Shown here: in pieces, positions 10,345 through 20,043 of the stretch
Layout: the number at the start of each line of letters is the position of its first letter
Position numbering within the stretch: the first letter of the stretch is position 1
Source: Dehalococcoidia bacterium
GTDB lineage: Bacteria; Chloroflexota; Dehalococcoidia; Lucifugimonadales; UBA3495
Assembly (NCBI GenBank): GCA_965217175.1
Contig: OZ244251.1
Span: 3,346,686 to 3,410,685, forward strand
DNA length: 64,000 nt
Reading direction: 5' to 3'
Program-made: the position numbers and the translations under genes
The notes under the pieces: generated by a model
Database searches by the model: none
What the model saw: only the letters and a program-made list of their open reading frames with translations
Told to the model about the DNA's origin: nothing

Positions 10345-11181
10345 CTAACTGCCGCTTTGGAAACCGCCGATTTGTTCGTCGATCCGTCTGGTTTGCTCTG
10401 CGTTTCCAGAGGAAAGGCTGTAACAGCGCTCCAGGTATAGCTGGGCCAGTCGAGCGCCTTCCGCGCTGGTGTCGAACGCGGCAGCAACCAACGCGTCGAT
10501 GTAAAACTCTTGGGGAAGGAGGCGACCCAGGGCTGCCATTTCCGCGGTAACGTCCGCAATGGTGGCGATATCGTTACCCTCCTGGGCGAAACGCAGGCGA
10601 CCTAAAAGGCGACTCAACTCGGCGAGACGGTCCCCTTCGCTCATGAACGACCACAGAACCTCATTAACACCCATGCCGTCCGATTCAGCGGCGTCATCCC
10701 CCATTACCGGCGCCAACTCGGGTTGAGAGGCGCCCAACGGTATCGACGCGCCGCCCGGCGTCGCATCAGCGGCAGCGCCGATGGACCCTGGCGATACCCG
10801 CGCCCAGGCAGATGAATAAGCTTGGACCGCCTCCGACACCGACTCCATCATGCGCGCCAGGTCGTAAGAAAACATGCTGCCGCCGAATACCAGGTCATCC
10901 TGACGCAAATTAGCCAGCCGAACCAACTGGTCATAACCACCCTGGACGAGTTCGCCCATCGGCGGCATTGCGAACGATGAAAAATTGGCCAATGGCCCAG
11001 CGGCGCCGGTGCCCAAGTGCGACGCCAGGAACGGCGGGACATACTTGGTAAGATCGGCCGTGATGGGCAGCGTGACGATATAGGTACCGTATACCTGGTC
11101 GGGCTCGGTTTCGACCCTGAAATATAATAGAGCATGGCCCCGCGGACGTTGAGGGTCGCCGATTTCAAATTGGAGGTCCAT
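10345..11181 (-). CDS. hypothetical protein (two folded-looking halves joined by an Ala/Gly/Pro-rich linker)
   Basis: 278-aa ORF with coding-like composition. The opposing frames are poor. No motif I recognise. Confidence 0.6.
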   Translation of the reverse strand: MDLQFEIGDPQRPRGHALLYFRVETEPDQVYGTYIVTLPITADLTKYVPPFLASHLGTGAAGPLANFSSFAMPPMGELVQGGYDQLVRLANLRQDDLVFGGSMFSYDLARMMESVSEAVQAYSSAWARVSPGSIGAAADATPGGASIPLGASQPELAPVMGDDAAESDGMGVNEVLWSFMSEGDRLAELSRLLGRLRFAQEGNDIATIADVTAEMAALGRLLPQEFYIDALVAAAFDTSAEGARLAQLYLERCYSLSSGNAEQTRRIDEQIGGFQSGS

Positions 11182-11404
11182 TAGAGTTGTTTCCCAAAGC
11201 GCCGTTGTAGAAGGCTCGGTTGCTTCAAGTATAGATTAGGCCGGCAGGCTTGGCAAAGATAGGGCGTCATTCGGTTGTTGCGATGAAAATTTGGTGACAG
11301 TTTGCCAGTTGCGTACTAATGTTCTCAATTGATACCGTGTTGACGTTCCACCACGGGAACATCGCTAACGCCATAACGTTCGACACCAGAACAGGAGCAT
11401 CGGC

Positions 11405-12937
11405 ATGCTGGCAACCGCTCAAACCTGCGCCGTCATCGGTCTGGACGGCCAATTGATCCAGGCCGAAACCGACATATCGCCCGGTCTTCCAGCCTTCCAC
11501 ATCGTGGGGCTGCCCGATACGGCGGTTCAGGAAGCTAAAGAACGGGTTCGCGCTGCCGTCCGAAATAGCGGTTGCGAATTCCCAATGCGACGTATCACGG
11601 TCAATCTCGCCCCGGCTGATCTCAAAAAGGCTGGCCCTGCTTACGACTTGCCCATCGCTGTGGGAATCCTGTACAGCACTGGTCAAGCTGCTACCACGCT
11701 GGAGCCGGCGATATTTCTGGGTGAGCTTTCACTGGATGGCGGCCTGCGGCACACCGCCGGCATTTTGCCTATGGTTTGGGTCGCCCGCGAACATGGAATC
11801 AGATCGGTCTACGTGCCGGCGGTGGACGCAGCTGAAGCGGCGTTGGTTGAAGGCATCAAGGTTTACCCGATTGGAACGTTGGCGCAACTGGTAGCTCACC
11901 TGGAAGGCCATGCCCCAATCGAACCGTTCCCCAGCAGCGGCGTGCATCTGAACGGCAATCGCGAACCTTCCGACAGCACCGACCTTGCCCATGTAAGGGG
12001 GCAGGATCACGCGAAACGGGCGCTGGAAGTGGCGGCTGCCGGGTTCCACAATATCCTGCTGAGCGGTCCGCCCGGATCGGGCAAGACCCTGCTGGCACGG
12101 GCGTTGCCGGGCATCCTCCCCTACCTAACCCCCGAAGAAGCGCTGGAAGTAACCAAGATATACAGCGTCAGCGGGAACCTTCCGCCCGACAGCCCGCTGA
12201 TTGCCCGCCGACCATTTCGCGCTCCCCACTACACTATTTCCAACGCCGGCCTCGTAGGCGGTGGACGCATGATACGGCCCGGTGAGATCACCCTCAGCCA
12301 TCGCGGTGTCCTGTTCCTCGACGAGCTGCCGGAATTCGGGCACGCCAGCCTGGAGTCTTTGCGGCAACCACTTGAGGACAAAACCGTCACTATCACCCGG
12401 GTTAGCGGCACGGTAACCTACCCGGCCAGTTTCATGTTGGTAGCGGCCATGAATCCATGCCCCTGCGGGTACGCGAGCCACCCCCGCAAAGAATGTGTGT
12501 GCAGCCCATCCGCCGTCGCTCGCTATCAGCGGCGCATCAGCGGCCCGATGCTGGAGCGGATTGACATCTTCGTGGAAGTTCCTCCCGTCGAATTCGAGAG
12601 TCTCCTGGGCGAATCTGTTGCCGAATCTTCCGAGCAAGTGCGCGAACGAGTGATCGCGGCCCGCCACATCCAGGAGGACCGATTCGCGTCTACCCAAAAC
12701 AGGCCCGCGATTTTCAATGCTGAAATGTCCGGCGCCCGCGTTTGGGAATTTTGCAACCTGGCCGATGATGCTAACGATCTGTTGCGACGCGCGTCGCAAC
12801 AATTGGATATGTCTGCCAGAGCGCTGCATCGGGTACTGAAAGTCGCCCGTACCGTGGCCGACCTGGCTGGTTCTCAAGCGATTGAACCCGCTCATCTCGC
12901 AGAGGCTTTGCAATACCGATCCAGGGGACTGGGATAG
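11405..12937 (+). CDS. comM: YifB/ComM-family Mg-chelatase-like ATPase
   Basis: N-terminal Lon-protease-like domain (GLPAFHIVGLPDTAVQEAKERVRAAVRNSG...DLKKAGPAYDLPIAVGIL). Walker A: LSGPPGSGKTLLAR. Walker B: VLFLDELPEF. Cys cluster: NPCPCGY...C.C. Confidence 0.92.
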   Translation: MLATAQTCAVIGLDGQLIQAETDISPGLPAFHIVGLPDTAVQEAKERVRAAVRNSGCEFPMRRITVNLAPADLKKAGPAYDLPIAVGILYSTGQAATTLEPAIFLGELSLDGGLRHTAGILPMVWVAREHGIRSVYVPAVDAAEAALVEGIKVYPIGTLAQLVAHLEGHAPIEPFPSSGVHLNGNREPSDSTDLAHVRGQDHAKRALEVAAAGFHNILLSGPPGSGKTLLARALPGILPYLTPEEALEVTKIYSVSGNLPPDSPLIARRPFRAPHYTISNAGLVGGGRMIRPGEITLSHRGVLFLDELPEFGHASLESLRQPLEDKTVTITRVSGTVTYPASFMLVAAMNPCPCGYASHPRKECVCSPSAVARYQRRISGPMLERIDIFVEVPPVEFESLLGESVAESSEQVRERVIAARHIQEDRFASTQNRPAIFNAEMSGARVWEFCNLADDANDLLRRASQQLDMSARALHRVLKVARTVADLAGSQAIEPAHLAEALQYRSRGLG

Positions 12938-13081
12938 TCACGGCTCGCCCGCAGCTGCGCGACTCAACCCGGCTGTTCGCACAGGCAATTCATCTGCATC
13001 CCGTTGCCCGATCTGCCTGGCGCCGTTTGCAATTCGTCGCCATGTCCCGGTATCACCGCCGGTTTAGGGAGGCCCCGGCTC

Positions 13082-13110
13082 TTGCCAGCGCTGGGCCTGC
13101 CGACTATCAT
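13082..13110 (+). promoter_or_regulatory. candidate promoter giving a leaderless mRNA for the DUF3090 gene
   Basis: TTGCCA (13082-13087), 17-nt spacer, TATCAT (13105-13110), then only 6 nt before ATG 13117. There is no Shine-Dalgarno, whereas most genes in this window have GGAG-type RBSs. Confidence 0.35.
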
Positions 13111-13116
13111 TACGGC

Positions 13117-13650
13117 ATGGCAGATCGAGAAGTCCGTTACAATTTGGGCGCCGCCCAGTCTATTGCCGCCGAAACGTTTGGCCTCCCGGGACAGCGTACC
13201 TTTCGGATATCGGCAGCAACTGGCCGTGCCCAGTCCTTCATCTGGCTGGAAAAAGAACAGCTATTCCAGCTGGCGATATATCTGCAGCAGGCACTGGAAC
13301 AGGTCGGTGAAGATACCCAATCCAGGGCCAGTAACCCCGGAGAGGAATCCTGGACGGGCGATCCTCTGGAACAGGATTTTCGAGCCCGCCAGATGCAATT
13401 GCAGTACGACAAGGATGCCAACTGTTTCCAACTACAAGCCTTTGAAGGCGACGAAGACGATCCGGATGCCGGCTCGCAAACCTCCGTCAGTTTTTGGTTT
13501 ACCGTTTCCCAGTCGTCGGCATTGGCCGAAGAAGCTCTGCGAATATGCGCCGCAGGTCGTCCCCCCTGCTTCTTGTGTGGAATGCCCATAGATCCAGAAG
13601 GCCATCGATGCGCGCGGGCCAATGGCCATGCCGTTTTCGAGACCGGCTAG
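13117..13650 (+). CDS. DUF3090 domain-containing protein
   Basis: ETFGLPGQRTFRISA...WLEKEQLFQLAIYL at the N-terminus and the C-terminal Zn-ribbon-like AAGRPPCFLCGMPIDPEGHRCARANGH are the family hallmarks. The start is taken at MADREVRY rather than the longer TTG ORF at 13027. Confidence 0.8.
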   Translation: MADREVRYNLGAAQSIAAETFGLPGQRTFRISAATGRAQSFIWLEKEQLFQLAIYLQQALEQVGEDTQSRASNPGEESWTGDPLEQDFRARQMQLQYDKDANCFQLQAFEGDEDDPDAGSQTSVSFWFTVSQSSALAEEALRICAAGRPPCFLCGMPIDPEGHRCARANGHAVFETG

Positions 13651-13716
13651 TGTATCGGCGGGTTCAAGTCATACGTTAGGTTCGTTGTGTGAACCTGGTA
13701 GAAGTCAGTTTCCAGC

Positions 13717-14451
13717 GTGGTCATTTCAGAACCCAACGACCTGGCTCTACTCCGTGATGGGGAGATTGTCAGTTGCGAACTCACACCAGCCGGTTCCAAC
13801 TACACATTCCTTGCGGAACTATCCCTCAATGGGAAACATGGCAGCGCGATTTATAAACCCCTGAGGGGCGAAATTCCGCTTTGGGATTTCCCCACTGGAA
13901 CTCTGTACAAACGCGAATGCGCCGCTTTCCTGCTCAGCAGGGCCTTGGGTTGGGATTTTATCCCGTTGACGATCATTCGGGACGGCCCTTACGGAATCGG
14001 GTCGGCCCAGCTCTTTGTGGACCACGACCCCAAAGAGAACTACTACACTATTTCCCACGACAGCCTGGATGAATCGGACGCCGACCAGTTACGAACAATA
14101 TGTTGTTTCGATCTGGTGGCCAACAATACCGACCGCAAGGCCAACCACATATTGCGCGATCCGTCGGGCAAATTATGGGGGATCGATCAGGCCCTTACGT
14201 TCCATGCCGACACCAAAATCCGAACCGTCATTTGGGATTTCGGCGATGAACCCATCCCCGAGCATTTGCTGGAACCCCTCCGCGACCTTTGCGGTCAACT
14301 GATGGCCCCAACCGGCGACCTCGCCGAGGTCGTATCCCTGATCGACACGGGCGAAGTTCGGGCGCTGTCGGAGCGTCTGCTATGGGTGTTGCGGGAAGGC
14401 GTATTCCCTGGCATTCCCGGGTTGCGCCGCCGGCGACGTGGACGTGAATAG
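13717..14451 (+). CDS. SCO1664-family protein (PI3/PI4-kinase-like fold)
   Basis: AIYKPLRGEIPLWDFPTGTLYKRECAAFLLSRALGWDFIPLT... and the catalytic-loop-like FDLVANNTDRKANHIL...GIDQALTF. Usual neighbour of DUF3090. GTG start. Confidence 0.8.
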   Translation: MVISEPNDLALLRDGEIVSCELTPAGSNYTFLAELSLNGKHGSAIYKPLRGEIPLWDFPTGTLYKRECAAFLLSRALGWDFIPLTIIRDGPYGIGSAQLFVDHDPKENYYTISHDSLDESDADQLRTICCFDLVANNTDRKANHILRDPSGKLWGIDQALTFHADTKIRTVIWDFGDEPIPEHLLEPLRDLCGQLMAPTGDLAEVVSLIDTGEVRALSERLLWVLREGVFPGIPGLRRRRRGRE

Positions 14452-14467
14452 GCTCGTTCCCTGAGAG

Positions 14468-15127
14468 TTACCCTTCCACCAGCAACGTGTAATCGAATTC
14501 GTTCAGGTTTTCGATGATTGCGTGCGCCGCCGACAAGTCCAGGTGCCGCGTAGAATCGGTAAGGGTGCACACCGTGTACGCACCCGACGCGGAAGCCGCC
14601 GCCAACCCAATTGGGGAATCTTCGATCGCAATGCAGTCGCCGGCCGCCAGACCAATCAATCGCGCCGCCTTGATGTAAATGTCGGGAGCCGGTTTGCCAT
14701 TGTCTATGTCGTCGCCGCCCAGTGTAACGTCGAAGGCATCCGTCAGCCCGATCACGTCCAGCTTCAGATTAACCCACTCCCTGAGCGATGATGACGCAAC
14801 GGCGATGGGTATTCTTCGGCGCTGGGCTTCTGCGATCAGCTCGCGAACACCCGGCCGCGGGGTCAAATCGGTGCGTAACACTTCTTTCACCACCTCGTTG
14901 TAACCGGCCAGGAGCTCCCGCGGGGATTGAGGGATGCTCCGCAATTCTTTGACGCGTACCCACGTCTCCTCAACGGTGGAGCCCAACAGATACCGATTGT
15001 TCTCTTCTTCCGTTATGGGAGCCGCCCCGCAGCGCTCCACCATCATGTTCACTGCCTTGTGAAATAGCGGCTCGCTGTCGACCAGCACGCCGTCCATGTC
15101 GAACAAAATCCCCTTGTAACCCGGCAT
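14468..15127 (-). CDS. HAD-superfamily hydrolase (beta-phosphoglucomutase/phosphatase subfamily IA)
   Basis: Motif I: ILFDMDGVLVDSE. Motif II: AVASSS. Motifs III/IV: GKPAPDIY...IAIEDSPIG. Start at MPGYKG (ATG 15127); the maximal ORF extension looks non-coding. Confidence 0.88.
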   Translation of the reverse strand: MPGYKGILFDMDGVLVDSEPLFHKAVNMMVERCGAAPITEEENNRYLLGSTVEETWVRVKELRSIPQSPRELLAGYNEVVKEVLRTDLTPRPGVRELIAEAQRRRIPIAVASSSLREWVNLKLDVIGLTDAFDVTLGGDDIDNGKPAPDIYIKAARLIGLAAGDCIAIEDSPIGLAAASASGAYTVCTLTDSTRHLDLSAAHAIIENLNEFDYTLLVEG

Positions 15128-15183
15128 ATCAGGTTGCTCCTCGTGGCTGTCAGTTGGATAATTCCGTGGCTCTCTCTCGCCAA

Positions 15184-16338
15184 TTATACTGGTGACGTCG
15201 ATGCGTCCGAACCGGTCGAACTGCTCAACAAGAAACAGGAAGACGCCTTGAAGATCGCCCACAGCGCCATTCCTGCCTGTATGTTCATCGCTTCCAGTGA
15301 AGCGCCGGTAATGTGGCAACGCAGCTGGATTCCTTCGCACTCCAGCGTTACCTGATACCCGGGCGGGCGCATCTGCACATCGGTTACGACTCCGGACCAG
15401 GTGTTGCGTGCCGATGATTGGGGCAACGGCCCGGACGCCAGGATGATGTCCGATGCCCGAATTCCAACCGTTACTGCATCGCCGACCGCCAACCCATCTG
15501 CCAACGGTGTTTCCAGAGATCCGCCGCCTGCGGCGCAAACCATCGTTCCGTCCTGCGGCAAACGCTCCACAACCTCCATTTCCAAAAGATTTTCCACCCC
15601 CACCAAACGGGCGACCCGCCCCTGTCCCGGCTGTTCCAACATCGAAAGCGGTTGGCCCACAGCGACCGTTTTCCCGTCGTCGATGATCTGGACGGTATCC
15701 CCAAGGCCCAGCGCTTCTTCCCGGCTGTGTGTAACCAGGATGGCAGGAACGCTCAACCTGCGGATGGTGTTTCGTAACTCGGCGCCTAACTCGCGGCGCA
15801 GCTCCATGTCCAGAGACGCGAACGGCTCGTCCAGCAGCAGTAACGCCGGCTCCGGAGCCAGGGCCCGAGCCAACGCCGTTCGTTGCTGCTGGCCGCCGGA
15901 CAATTGCCAGGCGCGTCGTTCCGCCAGGCCATCCAGATGTAGCGCATCAATCAACGCGCCCACCCGATGACGCGCGGCGGAGCTTTTCCGGTCTTTCAGC
16001 CCGTAGCCGATATTTTGGCTGACCGTGAGGTGGGGAAATACATGGTTTTCCTGCGTAACGTAGCCCAACGACCGGCGGTGCGGAGGCACCCAGATCGACT
16101 GCCCTCCAGGTCCGCTCCCGTCGCTGTAAACAGTGTGGCCGGCAATCGTGATCCACCCTGCTTCCGGGCGCACCAGCCCGGCCATGGTGCGGAGCGCGGT
16201 GGACTTACCGGCTCCTGATGGCCCAAAAAGCACCAGAATGCGTCCCGAATCAACCTCCAGAGCGAGTTGCAGGCTAAAATCTCCGATCTTGACCTCGAAC
16301 TGCCCGGACGCAGCGGCATTCTCCATGGACACCGCCAT
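15184..16338 (-). CDS. modC: molybdate ABC transporter ATP-binding protein with C-terminal TOBE/Mop domain
   Basis: Walker A GPSGAGKST, signature LSGGQQQRTALARAL, Walker B LLLDEPFASLD and a C-terminal TOBE-like domain. The start codon overlaps the modB stop (TGATG at 16336-16340). Confidence 0.88.
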   Translation of the reverse strand: MAVSMENAAASGQFEVKIGDFSLQLALEVDSGRILVLFGPSGAGKSTALRTMAGLVRPEAGWITIAGHTVYSDGSGPGGQSIWVPPHRRSLGYVTQENHVFPHLTVSQNIGYGLKDRKSSAARHRVGALIDALHLDGLAERRAWQLSGGQQQRTALARALAPEPALLLLDEPFASLDMELRRELGAELRNTIRRLSVPAILVTHSREEALGLGDTVQIIDDGKTVAVGQPLSMLEQPGQGRVARLVGVENLLEMEVVERLPQDGTMVCAAGGGSLETPLADGLAVGDAVTVGIRASDIILASGPLPQSSARNTWSGVVTDVQMRPPGYQVTLECEGIQLRCHITGASLEAMNIQAGMALWAIFKASSCFLLSSSTGSDASTSPV

Positions 16339-17168
16339 CACCTGACCCCGTTGCTGCGGCGCAACAATAACGCGAGCAGCGCCAATGCCAGCACAGACAT
16401 CGCCAATAACAACACCGCCAGCGCCAGGGCAGCTCCAAGGCTGGATTCCATCGCCGTCATTATCGCCAGTGGCATGGTTTGGGTGCGCCCGGTCAGGTTG
16501 CCGGCGAACATGATGGTCGCCCCGAATTCGGACATCGCCCGCGCCCAGGCCAACGCCAACCCGGTGACCAGCGACGGCCATGCCATGGGCACGGTCAGCC
16601 TCCAGAACGTAGACCATGGGCTCACGCCCAGCGTTTGCGAAACGTCTTCGAAGGTTACGTCAACTCCCGAAAACCCTATTCGCGCCGCCCTCACGTAGAA
16701 GGGCGCCGCCACAAAAACCTGCGCAAAGATCACCGCCCCGGTGGTGAACGGCAGCGTGATTCCCACCGCGGATAACCCCGGGCCCAGGATCCCGTTACGC
16801 CCAAACGCCATCAACATGGCTACCCCGGCAACCACGGGCGGCAACACGATAGGCAACTCTACGAAAGAATCGATCACCCGCAACAATGGGGAATTTCGCC
16901 GGGCCAGCAACAACGCGAACGGTGTGCCAACAACAACGACCACCGCCATACTGATTGTGCTGGTGATCAGCGACAGTTGCAACGCCTGGACAACCAGCGA
17001 ACCACCCAGCCCGGCCAGGAATCCGTCCTGCTGGAAAGCGCGGATCAACAATGCCAGAATGGGCAACCCGATGAACAGGACGTATACGGCCGTTGCGGCA
17101 ACACCGGCGGGCGCCAACACGCCCAGGGTTGTAGCCTGTCGCCGGCCCGAAGACCATCGTCCCATCAT
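16338..17168 (-). CDS. modB: molybdate ABC transporter permease
   Basis: Six-TM permease with an EAA-like loop (AWARAMSEFGATIMFAGNL), located between modA and modC. Confidence 0.88.
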   Translation of the reverse strand: MMGRWSSGRRQATTLGVLAPAGVAATAVYVLFIGLPILALLIRAFQQDGFLAGLGGSLVVQALQLSLITSTISMAVVVVVGTPFALLLARRNSPLLRVIDSFVELPIVLPPVVAGVAMLMAFGRNGILGPGLSAVGITLPFTTGAVIFAQVFVAAPFYVRAARIGFSGVDVTFEDVSQTLGVSPWSTFWRLTVPMAWPSLVTGLALAWARAMSEFGATIMFAGNLTGRTQTMPLAIMTAMESSLGAALALAVLLLAMSVLALALLALLLRRSNGVR

Positions 17169-17198
17169 CTGCCTAACCCGTCCGTACGAATCCTCGCA

Positions 17199-18104
17199 TC
17201 ACCGAATCACCGAAACCAATGATTCCATTACCGCCGAAACAGAGTCAGTGCACGGACACTCTGCGGTGGATGGAGCGCCAAAACCGTGCTTCAGCAATAT
17301 CGCCCGCCCTTCGGCGCCCAGTACAAATTCCACGAAGTCAGCTGCGATTCTCCGTTGGGGTCCCGCTGCCACGGTAGCAATGGGATATTCAACTACCACG
17401 TTAAGATGACCGGGGATGTCGACAATACGAAACATCGTCGAATATTGCCCGGCTGACGCGTCGGTTTGATAAACGAAACCGGCGTCCACCTCGCCCAAGG
17501 CTACCTTTTGCGCCACGGCGCGCACGCTGGTTTCATTGGTTACAACGTTGGCGAGCACTGAATCAGCGAAACCACTGGGAAAATCCGCATCATCTGCCAT
17601 CAATGCCAGGGACTGCCTTGCGTACACACCGGCGGGTACCTGTTCCGTGCCGATCGCCACGGTTACGTCGCGTTTCGCCAAATCCGTCAACGATACAACA
17701 GCCTGTGAATCTATCGGAGCCACTACAACCATTTGGTTGGCGGCGAAATATACGGGCTCGCCGTTCAATAATCCGGCATTGCCGGCAATCGCCATCTGCC
17801 GGGCATCCGCCGCCGCGAACACATCCGCCGCCGCTCCGTGCGTCAACTGCGTGCTCAACGTTTGGCTGCCGGCGAAATGATACTCAACCTGTACCTGTGG
17901 GTGTTGATCCTGGAACGCCTCGGCCAATTCGCGAAACGAGTCCACCAGCGAGGCCGCCGCAAACACCGTGATGGCGCCTGCAATTGTGCCGCTGCGATCC
18001 GTCGTCCCGCCGCAACCGCCGACCAGTGTCGCCAGCGTCGAGAAGGCGACGGCAATCAAGATACCGCGGACAGGCAATTCTACGGGAAAAATTCGGGTGA
18101 GCAT
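17199..18104 (-). CDS. modA: molybdate ABC transporter substrate-binding lipoprotein
   Basis: Lipobox VGGC, then ITVFAAASLVDSFRELAEAFQ...HFAGSQTLSTQLTHGAAADVFAAAD, typical of ModA. Confidence 0.88.
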   Translation of the reverse strand: MLTRIFPVELPVRGILIAVAFSTLATLVGGCGGTTDRSGTIAGAITVFAAASLVDSFRELAEAFQDQHPQVQVEYHFAGSQTLSTQLTHGAAADVFAAADARQMAIAGNAGLLNGEPVYFAANQMVVVAPIDSQAVVSLTDLAKRDVTVAIGTEQVPAGVYARQSLALMADDADFPSGFADSVLANVVTNETSVRAVAQKVALGEVDAGFVYQTDASAGQYSTMFRIVDIPGHLNVVVEYPIATVAAGPQRRIAADFVEFVLGAEGRAILLKHGFGAPSTAECPCTDSVSAVMESLVSVIR

Positions 18105-18344
18105 TTTGCCGCCGTATTATAGCGGAAACCATGATCGACGCTCCCTGCTCATTACTGCATTACCAATATCAGGCAGTTCGAATTGCCAGGGCTGTTGGGA
18201 CTTCCCTTCGACGGCGCCTGCCAAACTCGCTTGACTTGCCGGCGTCGCTGCCGTTAAATGAATTCGATTACCTGATTCTCCGGTGTTGCGACGATGCAAC
18301 ACGAATTCGACATGCCGGCCACAGACCGGACAGGAAGGTGCACA

Positions 18345-18689
18345 ATGGCTTTGGTTCGCTGCGTTACCGAAATGGGTATGGGTGTAGACGTACATGGTCT
18401 GGACTACACTTTGGCCGCCAAACGCGCCGTTTTTGATGCCATACACCACAGCAGCCTCGGCTTCTCCCGACTGGTTGGAGCCACCGCCGATGACATGACG
18501 GTGAACGTTACAATCGGTGCGCCGCATCCCGAAAAGGTGAATGCTGACGAGGTAGCCGACTCGCTTCCTCACGGCCGGGCCAACGTCGATGTCGTGGTGG
18601 GCGGCCTGCAGTTGCTGAACGACGACGGCACCGATGGCACTCTGATCGCCAATGCCATAATCACCGTCAGTATCGAAGACGGCAAGTAG
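18345..18689 (+). CDS. Lin0512-family conserved hypothetical protein
   Basis: MALVRCVTEMGMGVDVHGLDYTLAAKRAVFDAIHHSSL... matches my memory of the roughly 115-aa Lin0512 family. Start at the internal ATG 18345. Confidence 0.65.
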   Translation: MALVRCVTEMGMGVDVHGLDYTLAAKRAVFDAIHHSSLGFSRLVGATADDMTVNVTIGAPHPEKVNADEVADSLPHGRANVDVVVGGLQLLNDDGTDGTLIANAIITVSIEDGK

Positions 18690-18779
18690 CGCAGATACCC
18701 CAATTCCTGGGCGGCAACGCGACCCACCGGTGTCAAGGATCGTCGATGCTGTATTTGACTGTCGTATGAGTGGACTCTG

Positions 18780-19835
18780 ATGCGATTCGGACATTTCTTC
18801 TACCCCATGAAATTCGACGACTCGCACGACGACGAGGCGATTCACGATTGCCTGGAAGAAGCCGTACTCGTTGAGGATCTCGGTTTCGATGCCATCTGGA
18901 TCGCGGAGCATTACTTCACCGGCGAATGTGTATACGGCGACCCTTTGGTATTTGCCAGCGCGCTTGCGGTGAAAACCCGACGCGTGATGCTTGGGTTTGG
19001 CATTCTGGAATTGCCGCTGCACAATCCGGTACGGGTTGCAATGCAAACGGCCCTGTTGGATAACCTCTGCCGGGGCCGTCTGGTGGTGGGCACCGCCAGG
19101 GGCTCGAACTACAACGCATTTGAATACCTCGGTTTTGGCAGCGACCCCATCCTGGGCGCTGAACAAATGGAAGAGGCCGAGGAGCTGTTGGTAACCGCGT
19201 GGACCACCGACAACGTTGATTTTCGGGGAAAACACTGGCAAGTATCCTTCCCTTCCGTCAGACCCAGGCCGTACCAGAAACCTCACCCACCTTTGGCCCG
19301 GGCCTGTATCAACCAGGAGTCCATCGTGGAGATGGCGCGCATTGGCCGACCTATTCTCCTCCGTGGGCGCTCGGTTAACAGCGTTGCCGCCAACATCGCC
19401 CTGTATCGTGACACCATGGCGGCCTCCGGGTTCGACGAGGAATCCGTCCAACACAACCTGGACCAGATTTGGGTCTGGCGAGAATTGCACTTGGCCGAAA
19501 CTGACGGCCAGGCGATGGACGAATTCCTCCCCGCCAATTACGACGCCTATGCGATCATGCAGGATTTCCGGCAACGCCTGAATCCCCAGGAGTTTCCAAT
19601 GTCCCAACAGGCGCCTCCAATACAGCGGGACGGCTACGCTCCGGACCCTGATCCGGATGCCGCTGAAAACCTGGTGGGCAGCCCGAAGCGGGTCGCGGAG
19701 CAACTCGACCAGATGCGACAAGCCGGCATCCGCAACCTGATGCTTACCAACCGGGGCCTCGTTTCCTCAGACGTGACTGCCCGTTCGCTCAATCTCTTTG
19801 CCGAACGCGTAATGCCCCGATTCCGCAACGCCTGA
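18780..19835 (+). CDS. LLM-class (luciferase-like) flavin-dependent oxidoreductase
   Basis: MRFGHFFYP...LGFDAIWIAEHYFTGECVYGDPLVFASALAVKTRRVMLGFGILELPLHNPVRVAMQTALLDNLCRGRLVVGTARG. Confidence 0.9.
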   Translation: MRFGHFFYPMKFDDSHDDEAIHDCLEEAVLVEDLGFDAIWIAEHYFTGECVYGDPLVFASALAVKTRRVMLGFGILELPLHNPVRVAMQTALLDNLCRGRLVVGTARGSNYNAFEYLGFGSDPILGAEQMEEAEELLVTAWTTDNVDFRGKHWQVSFPSVRPRPYQKPHPPLARACINQESIVEMARIGRPILLRGRSVNSVAANIALYRDTMAASGFDEESVQHNLDQIWVWRELHLAETDGQAMDEFLPANYDAYAIMQDFRQRLNPQEFPMSQQAPPIQRDGYAPDPDPDAAENLVGSPKRVAEQLDQMRQAGIRNLMLTNRGLVSSDVTARSLNLFAERVMPRFRNA

Positions 19836-20043
19836 TTGCTGAAAGGCGCCGTTATCCACTCAAGCCCCGGGGTCACATGGACTGCGCCGGGCACCAGCCT
19901 TAGGGATGGGAACCCGGTGGCGAAATGTATAATGCTCCCAACCGGCTCGCCAGGGGACGCCACGCTCTACAGACTAACCCCAAACATTCCAGGTACTGCA
20001 CGACGGGTCCCACAGGTCACAAGCCGGCCCGCACAGGAGTTAC

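Noticed and set aside
18172-18187. tRNA-like T-arm GGCAGTTCGAATTGCC
   Set aside because: Only a 4-bp stem forms, and no acceptor, D or anticodon arms can be built from the flanking sequence.
18105-18344. Possible Moco riboswitch upstream of modA
   Set aside because: The 240-nt region is shared with the divergent Lin0512 gene. I found only vague resemblance (GAAGGGAAG, CCCUGGCAA) to the Moco motif as I remember it. A TATAAT box 11 nt before the modA ATG instead suggests a very short leader. An RF01055 scan is needed to settle it.
18117-19721. 534-aa ORF on the minus strand
   Set aside because: It lies entirely antisense to the well-supported Lin0512-family and LLM genes. The sequence is Arg/Gly/Val-rich with no motifs, which is typical of open antisense frames in GC-rich DNA.
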